Below, piece after piece: positions 26,501 through 33,526 of a DNA stretch of 64,000 nt. This DNA is from Calditrichia bacterium (lineage in GTDB: Bacteria > Calditrichota > Calditrichia > RBG-13-44-9 > J075): positions 39,025-103,024 of the forward strand of contig JACKAP010000011.1 of assembly GCA_020635015.1 (NCBI GenBank), in the 5' to 3' direction. Each line of letters begins with the position of its first letter. Position 1 is the stretch's first letter. The position numbers and the translations under genes were made by a program. Below the pieces are notes generated by a model. The model saw only the letters and a list, made by a program, of their open reading frames with translations. It was not told the DNA's origin and ran no database searches.

Positions 26501-29467
26501 TATGTGAATTATATAAGCCAGGTTCGATTTTCTCCCGACGGAGGGATACTGGTGTTTGCCGGACGCGGGCATCGTACGGAAAATGTGCAAATGGCGGCGC
26601 TTTGGAATATTCACCGTCAGGCGTTGTCGGAAATGATTTTATCCAAGTATGATAATACCAATTTTGTTTTTTCGAAGGATGATACGAAACTGTTGAGCCT
26701 TGACGGCAAAATCCGCGACCTGAAAGGCCGCATTGAATTTGACCCCTTCCGTTTTTACCTCGCCAACATTTTCGGAAGCGCGGACAACCAGGTAGAATAT
26801 TCGGATATCATCGATCCTTTCGATTTCGAGTGCGGTATCTCGCCGGCAAGGGACCTTTTGCTGACATATTACCGGGAAGCCAGAGATGACACCGTGGTGC
26901 GGATCTGGAACCTGCAGGGAGAACCAGTGGCCGATTTGCCCCATGCGGAAGGGATCGCCTTTGCGACCTTCTCTCCGGATGGGCGGGCGGTATTGACCCG
27001 GGGAGAAGACGATTATCGTAGCGGCCTGCTACGGGTGTGGGATTTGCAGGGCCGCCCGGCCGACAGTCTTCTGCGTTTCCAACTGTATCGAGAGGATGAA
27101 TACCGAAGCGACATGGCGGTAATGAAAGGGGTCAGCATATCGCCGGACCGCCGGCGCACCCTGGTTTGGGTGGATGATACGCTACGCCTGGTGCAGTCCT
27201 GGATACCCCTGCGCATGAAAGACCTGACCTCGGAAGCAGATTATCGGCTGTTTTCCCCTGCCGGCGGGATCATCCTGACCGCCGCCGACAGCAGCGCCCA
27301 ATTATGGGACAGCACCGGCATGAAGCTGGCGTCACTGAAACATCCGGCGCCGATCGATTCCCTGCTGTTTTCTCCTGACGGCGCAACCATCCTGGTGGTG
27401 AGCGATAGCGCCTGCCGCTTCTGGGATGTGCAGGGAAATCCACGCAGTCCGCTGATGACGCCCGATTCCGCCCTGAAATCACTCCATTTCTTCCCGGACG
27501 GAAAGCGGGTTCTGGCGCGATTCGAGCGTGACGTGCAACTATGGAATATCGCCGGTCAAGTCGTGTTGGACGGCCTTCAACCGGCAGATTCCTCCACCCA
27601 GGCAGCAGCAGATCCGCAGTTGGCCCAGCCGGAGGCGCCAACGAGCAAAGCAGCCTTCGATGAAATATTCAATTCCTCCATGACAGAGCCCGATTCCATT
27701 TCGACTGCCACTGCCACTGCCACTGCCACTGCCACTGCCACTGCCACTGCTACTATGCCACCGACCCCGCTCCTGCCTCGCATAAACCAGGCCCGTATCC
27801 TCCCCGGCGGCGACCGTTTCCTGACCATCAGCGACAGCACCGCCCAAATCTGGGACCTGCAGGGCAGGCCGCTCGGCGCGCAAATGACCCACCGGGAATT
27901 TGACTCCGATGGCCCGTCGGTATTTATCTCACCCGGGGGAGACCGGATCATTACCGTGGAGATCCGGCAGGGACTCAATCGCGCCGCCCTGGCCGAGCTC
28001 CCCGCTGAACTGAAGGAAAATCTGCCGGTCGACAGCCGGGTATCGGTCGACCGCCAGACCCTTCACGGCCGTTACGAGCTGTGGGACCGGAACGGTCAAC
28101 GGCTGGCGCTGTTGTATGACGGCTGGGTCAGCGAGAGAATTGCGCGCTACGAGGGGAACAAAATCATTTTTTTCCCGGATGGAGAAAGGTTCCTCACGAT
28201 AGCCCCGGATCATACCGTTTATATGTGGGACTTGCAGCCGGAGGAACTGGCTACTTTCTACCGGGAGGGCGAATCGCCTTTCGGGACGTACGACCGGGCG
28301 GTGCTCTCCCCCGACGGGCGGAAGCTGGCGACTCTCACGGAAGCGCGCCTCGAGCGGGAGCTGAAGATCTGGGATACGGTTAATGGAGAACTGCTGGCAC
28401 AACGGCGCCTGGCCTTCGATTTTCCGGATTTTGCTCAGCCTTCAACCATCTATATGAAAGGCCCGGACTACTTCGGGTTTGATGCCGGCGGCGGGCATGT
28501 CCTGGTGACCGGGTATTTTTTTGCAGACCAACACTATATGCTAAAAGGCGTTCAAGCCGACAATGTTTTGAACCTGGAAGGAGAACCGGTATGGCGCGAT
28601 ACCAGCAACCAAGATGGCCTGATCGGAACCGCTTCTCCGCCGGCAATCTCTCCTGACGGCGCTAAGTTGTTCCGGGTACTGCCTGAGAAAATGCCGGAGA
28701 TCATCGATTTGGCCGGGGAAACTGCGCCGGTCAAATTTGCTTTGAAACGCGATACGACCCGGTTTGATCGCAGTGAGTTCCAGGCCGCCTGTGTTTCGGA
28801 TGATTTTACCCGGGTGTTGACCGCAATGGAAATGGCTGACGGTGATCTTAAGGTCATATTATGGTCGGGAGAAACCGGCGATTCTCTCCGTGCCTACTCG
28901 CTCGGCCTGGCGTTGAAAGCCGTCGAACGCATCTGTTTCCTGCCCGACGGCGAGCATTTTCTGACGGTGTATCACGATTCTACTGTGATCAAGCTTTGGG
29001 ATCTGAAAGGCAAACACCTGGCCAATCTTTCCGGGCATAGCGGCCAGATCCGCGCCCTGATCTTCTCCCCGGATCAAACCCGGCTGCTCAGCGCCTCGCT
29101 GGACGGCAGCGCCCGGCTGTGGGATCTGCAGGGGCGGCCGCTGGCCGTGATGCCGATGGGCGGCGCGGTAACCGCCGCAACTTTCTCCCCGGACGGGCGG
29201 ACGATCCTGACCGCCTCGCAGCTCGATCCCGGCCGAACTCTGGCCGCTGGCAACAACCTGGCAATCTTATGGGATCTCCACGGCAATCGTTTGAGCGAGA
29301 TCCAAACTCTCAATCCCAATGCGGTGGTCTTTTCCCACGACAGCAAATATATCTTCACCGCAGAAGGCAAGCGCTATTGGACGCCGGATGCGATCAACGA
29401 ATGGCTGCAGGATGCCCCGGTGTATAATTTCAGCCCGGAGGAGCGGGCGGGGTTGGGGATAGATTAG
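23540..29467 (+). CDS. Giant multidomain protein: caspase-like C14 peptidase - STAND P-loop NTPase - single TM helix - two WD40-like beta-propellers
   Basis: Part of ORF 23471..29467; I set the start at ATG 23540 (GGAGAA upstream). The caspase dyad is YFAGHGIADD / LLLVLDCCFAGAF. The NTPase shows NPYKGLASYDESDQELFFGR, Walker A GVSGSGKSS and Walker B LLIDQYEEL. The TM helix is ATVIAVLALLTVLSVWALL. There are many (F/I)SPDG...(L/I)WD(L/V)QG blades, ending in the canonical LSGHSGQIRALIFSPDQTRLLSASLDGSARLWDLQG. Confidence 0.9.
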   Translation: MPERKPTPQFPFERSFAFIVGIDDYDQQGDAPPLQTAVSDARALARVLKQKPHEFSVTLLENPNGAQLRELLDVTIPELNIGASDRVLFYFAGHGIADDAEGRPEGYLLPADARLDAVDSFLPMKRLYEALRPLECPHLLLVLDCCFAGAFRWATKERAARPRVPQRITEYRLRRFCEDHAWQVITSTSYYQKAQDVSSLKTRALGKREQLLQAKTDGAAEHSPFAKALLEGLAGLADARVGERGDGVITGSELYSFIRDRISEDAAPGSGGEAQKPNHIFLEKDKGGEFIFLHPKHPLNPLPDVERNPYKGLASYDESDQELFFGRSAAIEKLQQLAAQQQFLVISGVSGSGKSSLIKAGLLPELREAGWRILPVLRPGAHPLRSLGKRFREWQVFSLSEASLAALDKEELPEDALANLQAIVGQEAVGEHAFALLLKQALADVRGMPLCLSTAAHRALQSAGISPNLLEKLTGLIDRRFAQEADFWSAVSEATGKQPEREDQLIILAYAAAGLVWQHAEAAPLFPALSSLNPQNLSPLLNELKQQKTVLLIDQYEELITRCQDKQERQQYEELLQALLEGTASDDFKLILTVRADFEPLLDKGPLEDAWEAGRFLVTALSPDELKEVIEMPAYQEVLDFEPGLVEEIVNEVSQSPGALPLLSYTLSQLYEAFRARPAKGGQRTLSRADYEALGKVRGALSSGADRLYRQLDAPHQATLKKIMLRLVSLEGGEPASRRALLEELEYPDDAENLRVAHILEQFLEARLLVRGRDSSGEVYVEPAHDALVKAWQTLSDWIEADGQDTILLQRRLSRAVREYHHPTLPVEAQQDEKQLRDYRKRSLWNDNPRLAQLVEIQRSKDPNDNWLNRQELDFVTESDNRKKFRSRVLRATVIAVLALLTVLSVWALLKSAEALDNSRKNLASSLAANARLTLSEDRTRAIRLAQAAYAIPEAEPGSRAIAAKVMSEAMLPFQQAQQPFYAARLKYVNYISQVRFSPDGGILVFAGRGHRTENVQMAALWNIHRQALSEMILSKYDNTNFVFSKDDTKLLSLDGKIRDLKGRIEFDPFRFYLANIFGSADNQVEYSDIIDPFDFECGISPARDLLLTYYREARDDTVVRIWNLQGEPVADLPHAEGIAFATFSPDGRAVLTRGEDDYRSGLLRVWDLQGRPADSLLRFQLYREDEYRSDMAVMKGVSISPDRRRTLVWVDDTLRLVQSWIPLRMKDLTSEADYRLFSPAGGIILTAADSSAQLWDSTGMKLASLKHPAPIDSLLFSPDGATILVVSDSACRFWDVQGNPRSPLMTPDSALKSLHFFPDGKRVLARFERDVQLWNIAGQVVLDGLQPADSSTQAAADPQLAQPEAPTSKAAFDEIFNSSMTEPDSISTATATATATATATATATMPPTPLLPRINQARILPGGDRFLTISDSTAQIWDLQGRPLGAQMTHREFDSDGPSVFISPGGDRIITVEIRQGLNRAALAELPAELKENLPVDSRVSVDRQTLHGRYELWDRNGQRLALLYDGWVSERIARYEGNKIIFFPDGERFLTIAPDHTVYMWDLQPEELATFYREGESPFGTYDRAVLSPDGRKLATLTEARLERELKIWDTVNGELLAQRRLAFDFPDFAQPSTIYMKGPDYFGFDAGGGHVLVTGYFFADQHYMLKGVQADNVLNLEGEPVWRDTSNQDGLIGTASPPAISPDGAKLFRVLPEKMPEIIDLAGETAPVKFALKRDTTRFDRSEFQAACVSDDFTRVLTAMEMADGDLKVILWSGETGDSLRAYSLGLALKAVERICFLPDGEHFLTVYHDSTVIKLWDLKGKHLANLSGHSGQIRALIFSPDQTRLLSASLDGSARLWDLQGRPLAVMPMGGAVTAATFSPDGRTILTASQLDPGRTLAAGNNLAILWDLHGNRLSEIQTLNPNAVVFSHDSKYIFTAEGKRYWTPDAINEWLQDAPVYNFSPEERAGLGID
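27704..27754 (+). repeat. In-frame hexanucleotide microsatellite (ACTGCC)x7 + ACTGCT + ACT encoding a (Thr-Ala)n linker
   Basis: Counted by hand. It lies inside the giant ORF between the two propeller regions. The opposite-strand frames give the (Ser-Gly)n and (Val-Ala)n artefacts seen in the ORF track. Confidence 0.95.
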
Positions 29468-29478
29468 AGGGTGCTTAG

Positions 29479-29552
29479 CGCCTCCTTTGCATTAAAAACA
29501 GCTACTGAAAACCGCAAAGGGCGCAAAGGAGGCGCAGAGAACCGCAGAGAAG
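29479..29552. repeat. Left flanking hairpin/arm of the GxxExxY unit (GCGCAAAGG / CCGCAGAGA 9-10-mers)
   Basis: gcgcctcctttgc (29479-29491) pairs with gcaaaggaggcgc (about 29523-29535). The arm ccgcaaagggcgcaaaggaggcgcagag is the reverse complement of the right-flank sequence at 29946-29982. The direct repeat ggcgcagagaaccgcagagaa is also present at 30013-30035. Confidence 0.85.
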
Positions 29553-29562
29553 GAAATGAAAA

Positions 29563-29940
29563 ATGGATGAAAATCGAATATCACAGGAAGTTCTCGGGGC
29601 TGCAATCGAGGTTCATAGAATATTAGGCCCCGGACTTTTAGAATCGGCTTATGAAACAAGTCTGGAGAGGGAGTTGCAGATTCGGGAATTGAACGTGCAG
29701 CGACAGGTGGGACTCCCGCTGATTTATAAGGATATAAAATGTGATATGGGTTATCGAGTCGATCTCTTGGTTGAAAATCGTGTTATCGTCGAAATAAAAT
29801 CGGTTGATGCATTAAATGATATTCATGTCGCACAGGTTTTGACCTATTTGAAACTGAGTAATCTCAAATTGGGTTTACTTCTCAATTTCAATGTTACGCT
29901 TTTGAAAAACGGAATCAAAAGATTGGTAAATAAACTCTAA
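29563..29940 (+). CDS. GxxExxY protein (PD-(D/E)XK nuclease superfamily, TIGR04256-like)
   Basis: ORF of 125 aa with GPGLLESAYE (the GxxExxY signature), RVDLLVENRVIVEIKS (a D...E.K nuclease core) and AQVLTYLKLSNLKLGLLLNF. Confidence 0.9.
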   Translation: MDENRISQEVLGAAIEVHRILGPGLLESAYETSLERELQIRELNVQRQVGLPLIYKDIKCDMGYRVDLLVENRVIVEIKSVDALNDIHVAQVLTYLKLSNLKLGLLLNFNVTLLKNGIKRLVNKL

Positions 29941-29945
29941 AAAAA

Positions 29946-30035
29946 CTCTGCGCCCTTTGCGCCTCCTTCGCGCCCTTTGCGGTAAAAAAGCAGAACCGCA
30001 AGTTCGCAAAGTAGGCGCAGAGAACCGCAGAGAAC
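29946..30035. repeat. Right flanking hairpin/arm of the GxxExxY unit
   Basis: ctctgcgccctttgcgcctccttcgcgccctttgcgg (29946-29982) is followed by cgcaaagtaggcgcagagaaccgcagagaa. The region is self-complementary and also complementary to the left flank. Confidence 0.85.
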
Positions 30036-30055
30036 AACTTACATGTTTCAATGAC

Positions 30056-30238
30056 TTATTTGAGCAGCTGTATTTTCCCCGCCAGCAGCGCCTCTCCAAA
30101 ATCAAGCACGCAGACGTAAAATCCGGAAGCCGCCAGCGCGCCGCTTTGATCCCGCCGTCCCAGGTGATCTGGTATTCGCCGGGGCCGCTCACCTGCAGGA
30201 TCAGCGCCCGCACCAACTGGCCGAGGGCGCAGCAGGTC
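30056..30238 (-). pseudogene. Orphan fragment of a T9SS C-terminal sorting domain (last ~60 codons of a lost secreted-protein gene), with one frameshift
   Basis: Two minus-strand frames join to give LGQLVRALILQVSGPGEYQITWDG / RDQSGALAASGFYVCVLDFGEALLAGKIQLLK*. This matches the usual ...G.H.I.WDG.D..G..(L/V)ASG(I/V)YF..L......(K)(M/I).LLK tail. The upstream part is replaced by the IR element at 30245-30309. Confidence 0.6.
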
Positions 30239-30244
30239 CGTTTT

Positions 30245-30309
30245 TTGTCCACGGATTACACGGATTAACACTGATGTTCAAAATCAGTGTTAATCCGTGT
30301 AATCCGTGG
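30245..30309. repeat. Compact perfect hairpin of the CCACGGATT 9-mer type
   Basis: The sequence is ttgt ccacggattacacggattaacactgat gttcaaa atcagtgttaatccgtgtaatccgtgg, a 27-bp perfect stem with a 7-nt loop. The arms are nearly identical to the termini of the 140-bp element at 41427-41566. Confidence 0.95.
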
Positions 30310-30347
30310 TTCATCAGTTCAAAGCGTCATATAGCTTAAACAGATAT

Positions 30348-30399
30348 CGCTCAAAACGCTCATTTTGTTTGCATCCCGGCGAATTTACAGTTATATTTG
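30348..30399 (+). promoter_or_regulatory. Candidate promoter with an upstream direct repeat: CGCTCAAAACGCTCA - TTTG(-33) - TATATTTG(-7)
   Basis: The region reads atatCGCTCAAAACGCTCAttttgTTTGcatcccggcgaatttacagtTATATTTGaat. It is almost superimposable on 37874-37926 upstream of the CarH-like gene. TAnnTTTG and TTTG about 20 nt upstream fit the Bacteroidetes-type promoter consensus. Confidence 0.55.
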
Positions 30400-30442
30400 A
30401 ATAAATGTCTGTTGAATTGTTTATTTTTGGTAAGGAATGATC

Positions 30443-31168
30443 ATGGAGAATTTTCGCAATAAAAACATCCTGGTCGTCGGGGGCAGCTCCGGGATCGGGC
30501 TGGCGCTGGTTAAGCAGTTGCTGGCCCGGGAGGCTAATGTGTTCACGGTTTCCCGCCGTGAGGCGCCGGAGGACCTGCCGCCGGCCGCAAAACATCTTTC
30601 CCTGGATATCACCTCCGATAATGTGACCCCACTACAGAATTTTTTGCCGGAAGTGCTGCATGGGCTGGCCTATTGTCCCGGCACCATCACCCTCAAGCCG
30701 TTTCACCGGTTGCAGATTCGCGATTTTCAGCATGATCTGGAGGTAAACTTGCTCGGCGCAGTAAGATCGATCCAGTGCGCTCTGCCGCCCCTGAAGCAAA
30801 GCGGCGGCGCCGGGGTGATCCTGTTCAGTACCGTGGCCTCCCGGGTCGGGATGAATTTTCATGCCTCGATCGCGGCCGCCAAGGCAGCGGTGCAGGGGCT
30901 TGCGGTTTCCCTGGCGGCGGAATTGGCGCCCCAGCATATTCGCGTCAACGTGATTGCGCCGTCGATTACCATGACCCCCCTGGCCGGGCAGTTGCTCTCC
31001 AGCGAGCAAAAGCAGGACGCTTCGGCTCAGCGCCATCCCTTGAAGCAGATCGGGCAGCCCGGGGAGATGGCCGCCATGGCAGTACATTTGCTCTCGCCGG
31101 ATGCCGGCTGGATCACCGGCCAGGTGATCGGCGTTGACGGCGGCATGTCAACTTTGCGACCAATATAA
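30443..31168 (+). CDS. Short-chain dehydrogenase/reductase (SDR) family oxidoreductase
   Basis: Part of ORF 30437..31168. It shows NILVVGGSSGIGLALVKQL, a catalytic region ...ASIAAAKAAVQGL..., and TGQVIGVDGGMS. I prefer ATG 30443 because AAGGA lies 7 nt upstream. Confidence 0.85.
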   Translation: MENFRNKNILVVGGSSGIGLALVKQLLAREANVFTVSRREAPEDLPPAAKHLSLDITSDNVTPLQNFLPEVLHGLAYCPGTITLKPFHRLQIRDFQHDLEVNLLGAVRSIQCALPPLKQSGGAGVILFSTVASRVGMNFHASIAAAKAAVQGLAVSLAAELAPQHIRVNVIAPSITMTPLAGQLLSSEQKQDASAQRHPLKQIGQPGEMAAMAVHLLSPDAGWITGQVIGVDGGMSTLRPI

Positions 31169-31183
31169 CGAGAGGAACTATTT

Positions 31184-31933
31184 ATGACCCGTGCCATCCT
31201 TAATCTTGTAGCGCTGGCCGTCACCATCCTGATCAATTTCCTGGCCAACGCCCTGCCGCTGAACGGGAAAACCACTGGAGAGATTTCCGACAGCTTTGCG
31301 GTCTTTTTCGTCCCGGCCGGATATGCGTTTTCTATCTGGGGCCTGATCTACCTCGGGCTGCTGGCGTATGCGGTTTATCAACTCCTTCCGCCGCAACGGA
31401 ATGACCCTGCCCTGCGCAGCATCGATACTTTTTTCCTGGTTAGCTGCGCCGCCAATATCCTCTGGCTTTTCCTGTGGCATTACGAACTGTTCGTGCTGAC
31501 CCTCCTGGCGATGATTGTTCTGTTACTGTCGCTGATTGCAATCTATTTGCGCCTGGATATCAACCGGGCACCGGTATCCGGCACCTTTAAATGGCTGGTT
31601 CACCGCCCCTTCAGCATCTACCTGGGATGGATCACGGTGGCGACCATTGTCAATGTCACCGTTGTATTGGATGATCTCAAATGGGGAGGCTGGGGAGTGA
31701 GCCCGGAAGTGTGGACGGTAATCGTACTTATTACCGGTGCGGCGATTGCCGGGGTGGTGCTCTTCCAGCGCAGGGATCTGGCCTACGGGCTGGTGATCCT
31801 CTGGGCCTATATCGCCGTAGCCATAAAGAATACCGGCGTGCCGCTGGTGGGAACGGCTACAGTGATCGCGTCGGTGTTGGTCGCGGCGCTGCTGCTCGGC
31901 ACCCTGCTGCGGCCGGGGGTTGCAAAGCTATGA
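31184..31933 (+). CDS. TspO/MBR-related (tryptophan-rich sensory protein-like) membrane protein
   Basis: ORF of 249 aa, polytopic. The N-terminal LINFLANALPLNGKTTGEISDSFAVFFVPAGYAFSIWGLIYLGLLAYAVYQLLP matches proteins I recall being annotated as tryptophan-rich sensory protein. It starts 15 nt after the SDR stop, so it is probably co-transcribed. Confidence 0.6.
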   Translation: MTRAILNLVALAVTILINFLANALPLNGKTTGEISDSFAVFFVPAGYAFSIWGLIYLGLLAYAVYQLLPPQRNDPALRSIDTFFLVSCAANILWLFLWHYELFVLTLLAMIVLLLSLIAIYLRLDINRAPVSGTFKWLVHRPFSIYLGWITVATIVNVTVVLDDLKWGGWGVSPEVWTVIVLITGAAIAGVVLFQRRDLAYGLVILWAYIAVAIKNTGVPLVGTATVIASVLVAALLLGTLLRPGVAKL

Positions 31934-31938
31934 AAGCT

Positions 31939-32123
31939 GAATAGAACGCGGATGACGCGGATGGTGCGGATTTACGCGGATGACTGCTTATGTTAAAAGA
32001 CAAAGACTAAAGGATACTTTGTGGCCTATGCATTTGTTTGCGACGTTTTCGGTAAATTTTTGATAACACCACGCGAAGCATCATAAAAAATCCGTGAGAA
32101 TCCGCGTCATCCGCGTTCTATTC
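31939..32123. repeat. MITE-like element with GAATAGAACGCGGATGACGCGGATG TIRs, copy 2
   Basis: The left end is gaatagaacgcggatgacgcggatggtgcggatttacgcggatgac. The reverse complement of the right end is gaatagaacgcggatgacgcggattctcacggatt. The interior shares gttaaaagacaaa and gataacaccacgcgaagca with copy 1. It lies between the convergent TspO-like and LOV genes. Confidence 0.85.
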
Positions 32124-32145
32124 GCCCCAGCGAGCGGGCAGGATT

Positions 32146-33408
32146 TTAATGTACTTCCAGGGCCATCAGCGATAGATCATCGGCAAAATCGCTATGCCCA
32201 TGCCACTCCTCCAGGCTGGCCAGGATGTTAACCAGGCTCTCCCGTAGAGAAACGTCGCGGGAGCGCTCGATTTCCTGCATCAACCGTTCCCGGCCAAAAT
32301 GTTCGAAATCTGCATTACGTGCCTCGACAACCCCGTCGGTATACATGTAGAGGCGGTCGCCGGGATGCAGTTTGATGCAATGCTGCTTATAAGACGGATG
32401 GTCGACGAAACCGATCGGGTAGGCCGGAAATTGCAGCGCCTTGCCCTGGCGGGCCCGGGGCAATAGCATCGGCCCGGGATGCCCGGCCACGCTGAAGCAG
32501 AATTCGCGCTGAACCGTATCGAGGATCCCGTAGAGAATGGTAAAATATTGCAAGGTGTGGGAGCTCATCGGAAAACGGGCGTTGAGCTTTTCCACTACTT
32601 CCCGGGGCGTAGACAGGGAAAATTCGCCGCTGCCGTTGGCCGCCGGCTTGTAAAGCGAAGAGTGTGCCGGCAGCGGGGAAAGCCAGTGGTTGAGGGTCAC
32701 CGAGAGCAGCGCCGCCGGCACTCCGTGTCCGCTGACGTCTAAAATATAGATACCGTAATGGGTCTCATCGAGTGAAACGATGTTCAGGGTATCGCCGGCC
32801 AGTTCGCTGCAGGGGCGCAGGGTCCAATAAATTTCGATGCCCTCGATCGCCGGCACCTGGCGGGGCAGCAGGGCCTGCTGAATATTCGCCGCCGTTTCCA
32901 GGTCGCGCGTCATGCGGCGATTGACCGTCTCCAACTGCTCTTTGGCCCGGGCCAGGGCCTCTTCGGCGCGCTTGCGCTCGCTGATGTCCGATTGAATCCC
33001 GATAAAATGCGTCACCTTATTGTCGGCATCGCGCACCGGAGTGATGGTCAGGCGGTTCCAGAAGGCGCTGCCATCCTTGCGGTAATTGAGGATGTCTACC
33101 GTGCACTCCCGTTCTTCAGCGATGGCGCTACGGATCTCGGCCACGGTCTGGGGATCGGTATCCGGTCCCTGGAGAAAGCGGCAGTTGTAGCCGATAATCT
33201 CCGCGTCGCTATAGCCGGTCAAACGCTTGAATCCCTCGTTGGCAAAAATGATCGGGTTGTCCGGGAGTGAAACATCGGTGATCGTAATACCTTCCGAGGT
33301 AGCGGCCAGGGCGCGGTTTTTCAGGGCTAACTCATCGGCCAGGCGTTCCCATTCGCTCTGTTCTTCCGGGGAAGGGGGTATTAGCGGCGAAATATGCTTG
33401 GGATCCAT
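32146..33408 (-). CDS. LOV-domain (FMN, blue-light) sensor fused to a PP2C/SpoIIE-type serine phosphatase
   Basis: ORF of 420 aa. The LOV core reads ITITDVSLPDNPIIFANEGFKRLTGYSDAEIIGYNCRFLQGPDTDPQTV, including the photoactive-cysteine motif NCRFLQG. A coiled linker follows, then SpoIIE/PP2C motifs (AGDTLNIV, YILDVSGHGVPAALL, LYMYTDGVVEA). Confidence 0.88.
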   Translation of the reverse strand: MDPKHISPLIPPSPEEQSEWERLADELALKNRALAATSEGITITDVSLPDNPIIFANEGFKRLTGYSDAEIIGYNCRFLQGPDTDPQTVAEIRSAIAEERECTVDILNYRKDGSAFWNRLTITPVRDADNKVTHFIGIQSDISERKRAEEALARAKEQLETVNRRMTRDLETAANIQQALLPRQVPAIEGIEIYWTLRPCSELAGDTLNIVSLDETHYGIYILDVSGHGVPAALLSVTLNHWLSPLPAHSSLYKPAANGSGEFSLSTPREVVEKLNARFPMSSHTLQYFTILYGILDTVQREFCFSVAGHPGPMLLPRARQGKALQFPAYPIGFVDHPSYKQHCIKLHPGDRLYMYTDGVVEARNADFEHFGRERLMQEIERSRDVSLRESLVNILASLEEWHGHSDFADDLSLMALEVH

Positions 33409-33526
33409 AACTTATCCGGTCTGCATCTTCCAATACTTGCTACGGACTTTATACAGCTTTTTGGATAATACGCAACCCGTTCGGTATATGCAAATAAAAA
33501 TCTGGGTGGAAATCGCTTCGAAGAGT

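Noticed and set aside
27704-27754. The hexanucleotide repeat as an on/off phase-variation (frameshifting) switch.
   Set aside because: The unit length is a multiple of 3, so slippage cannot change the reading frame. Only linker length could vary.
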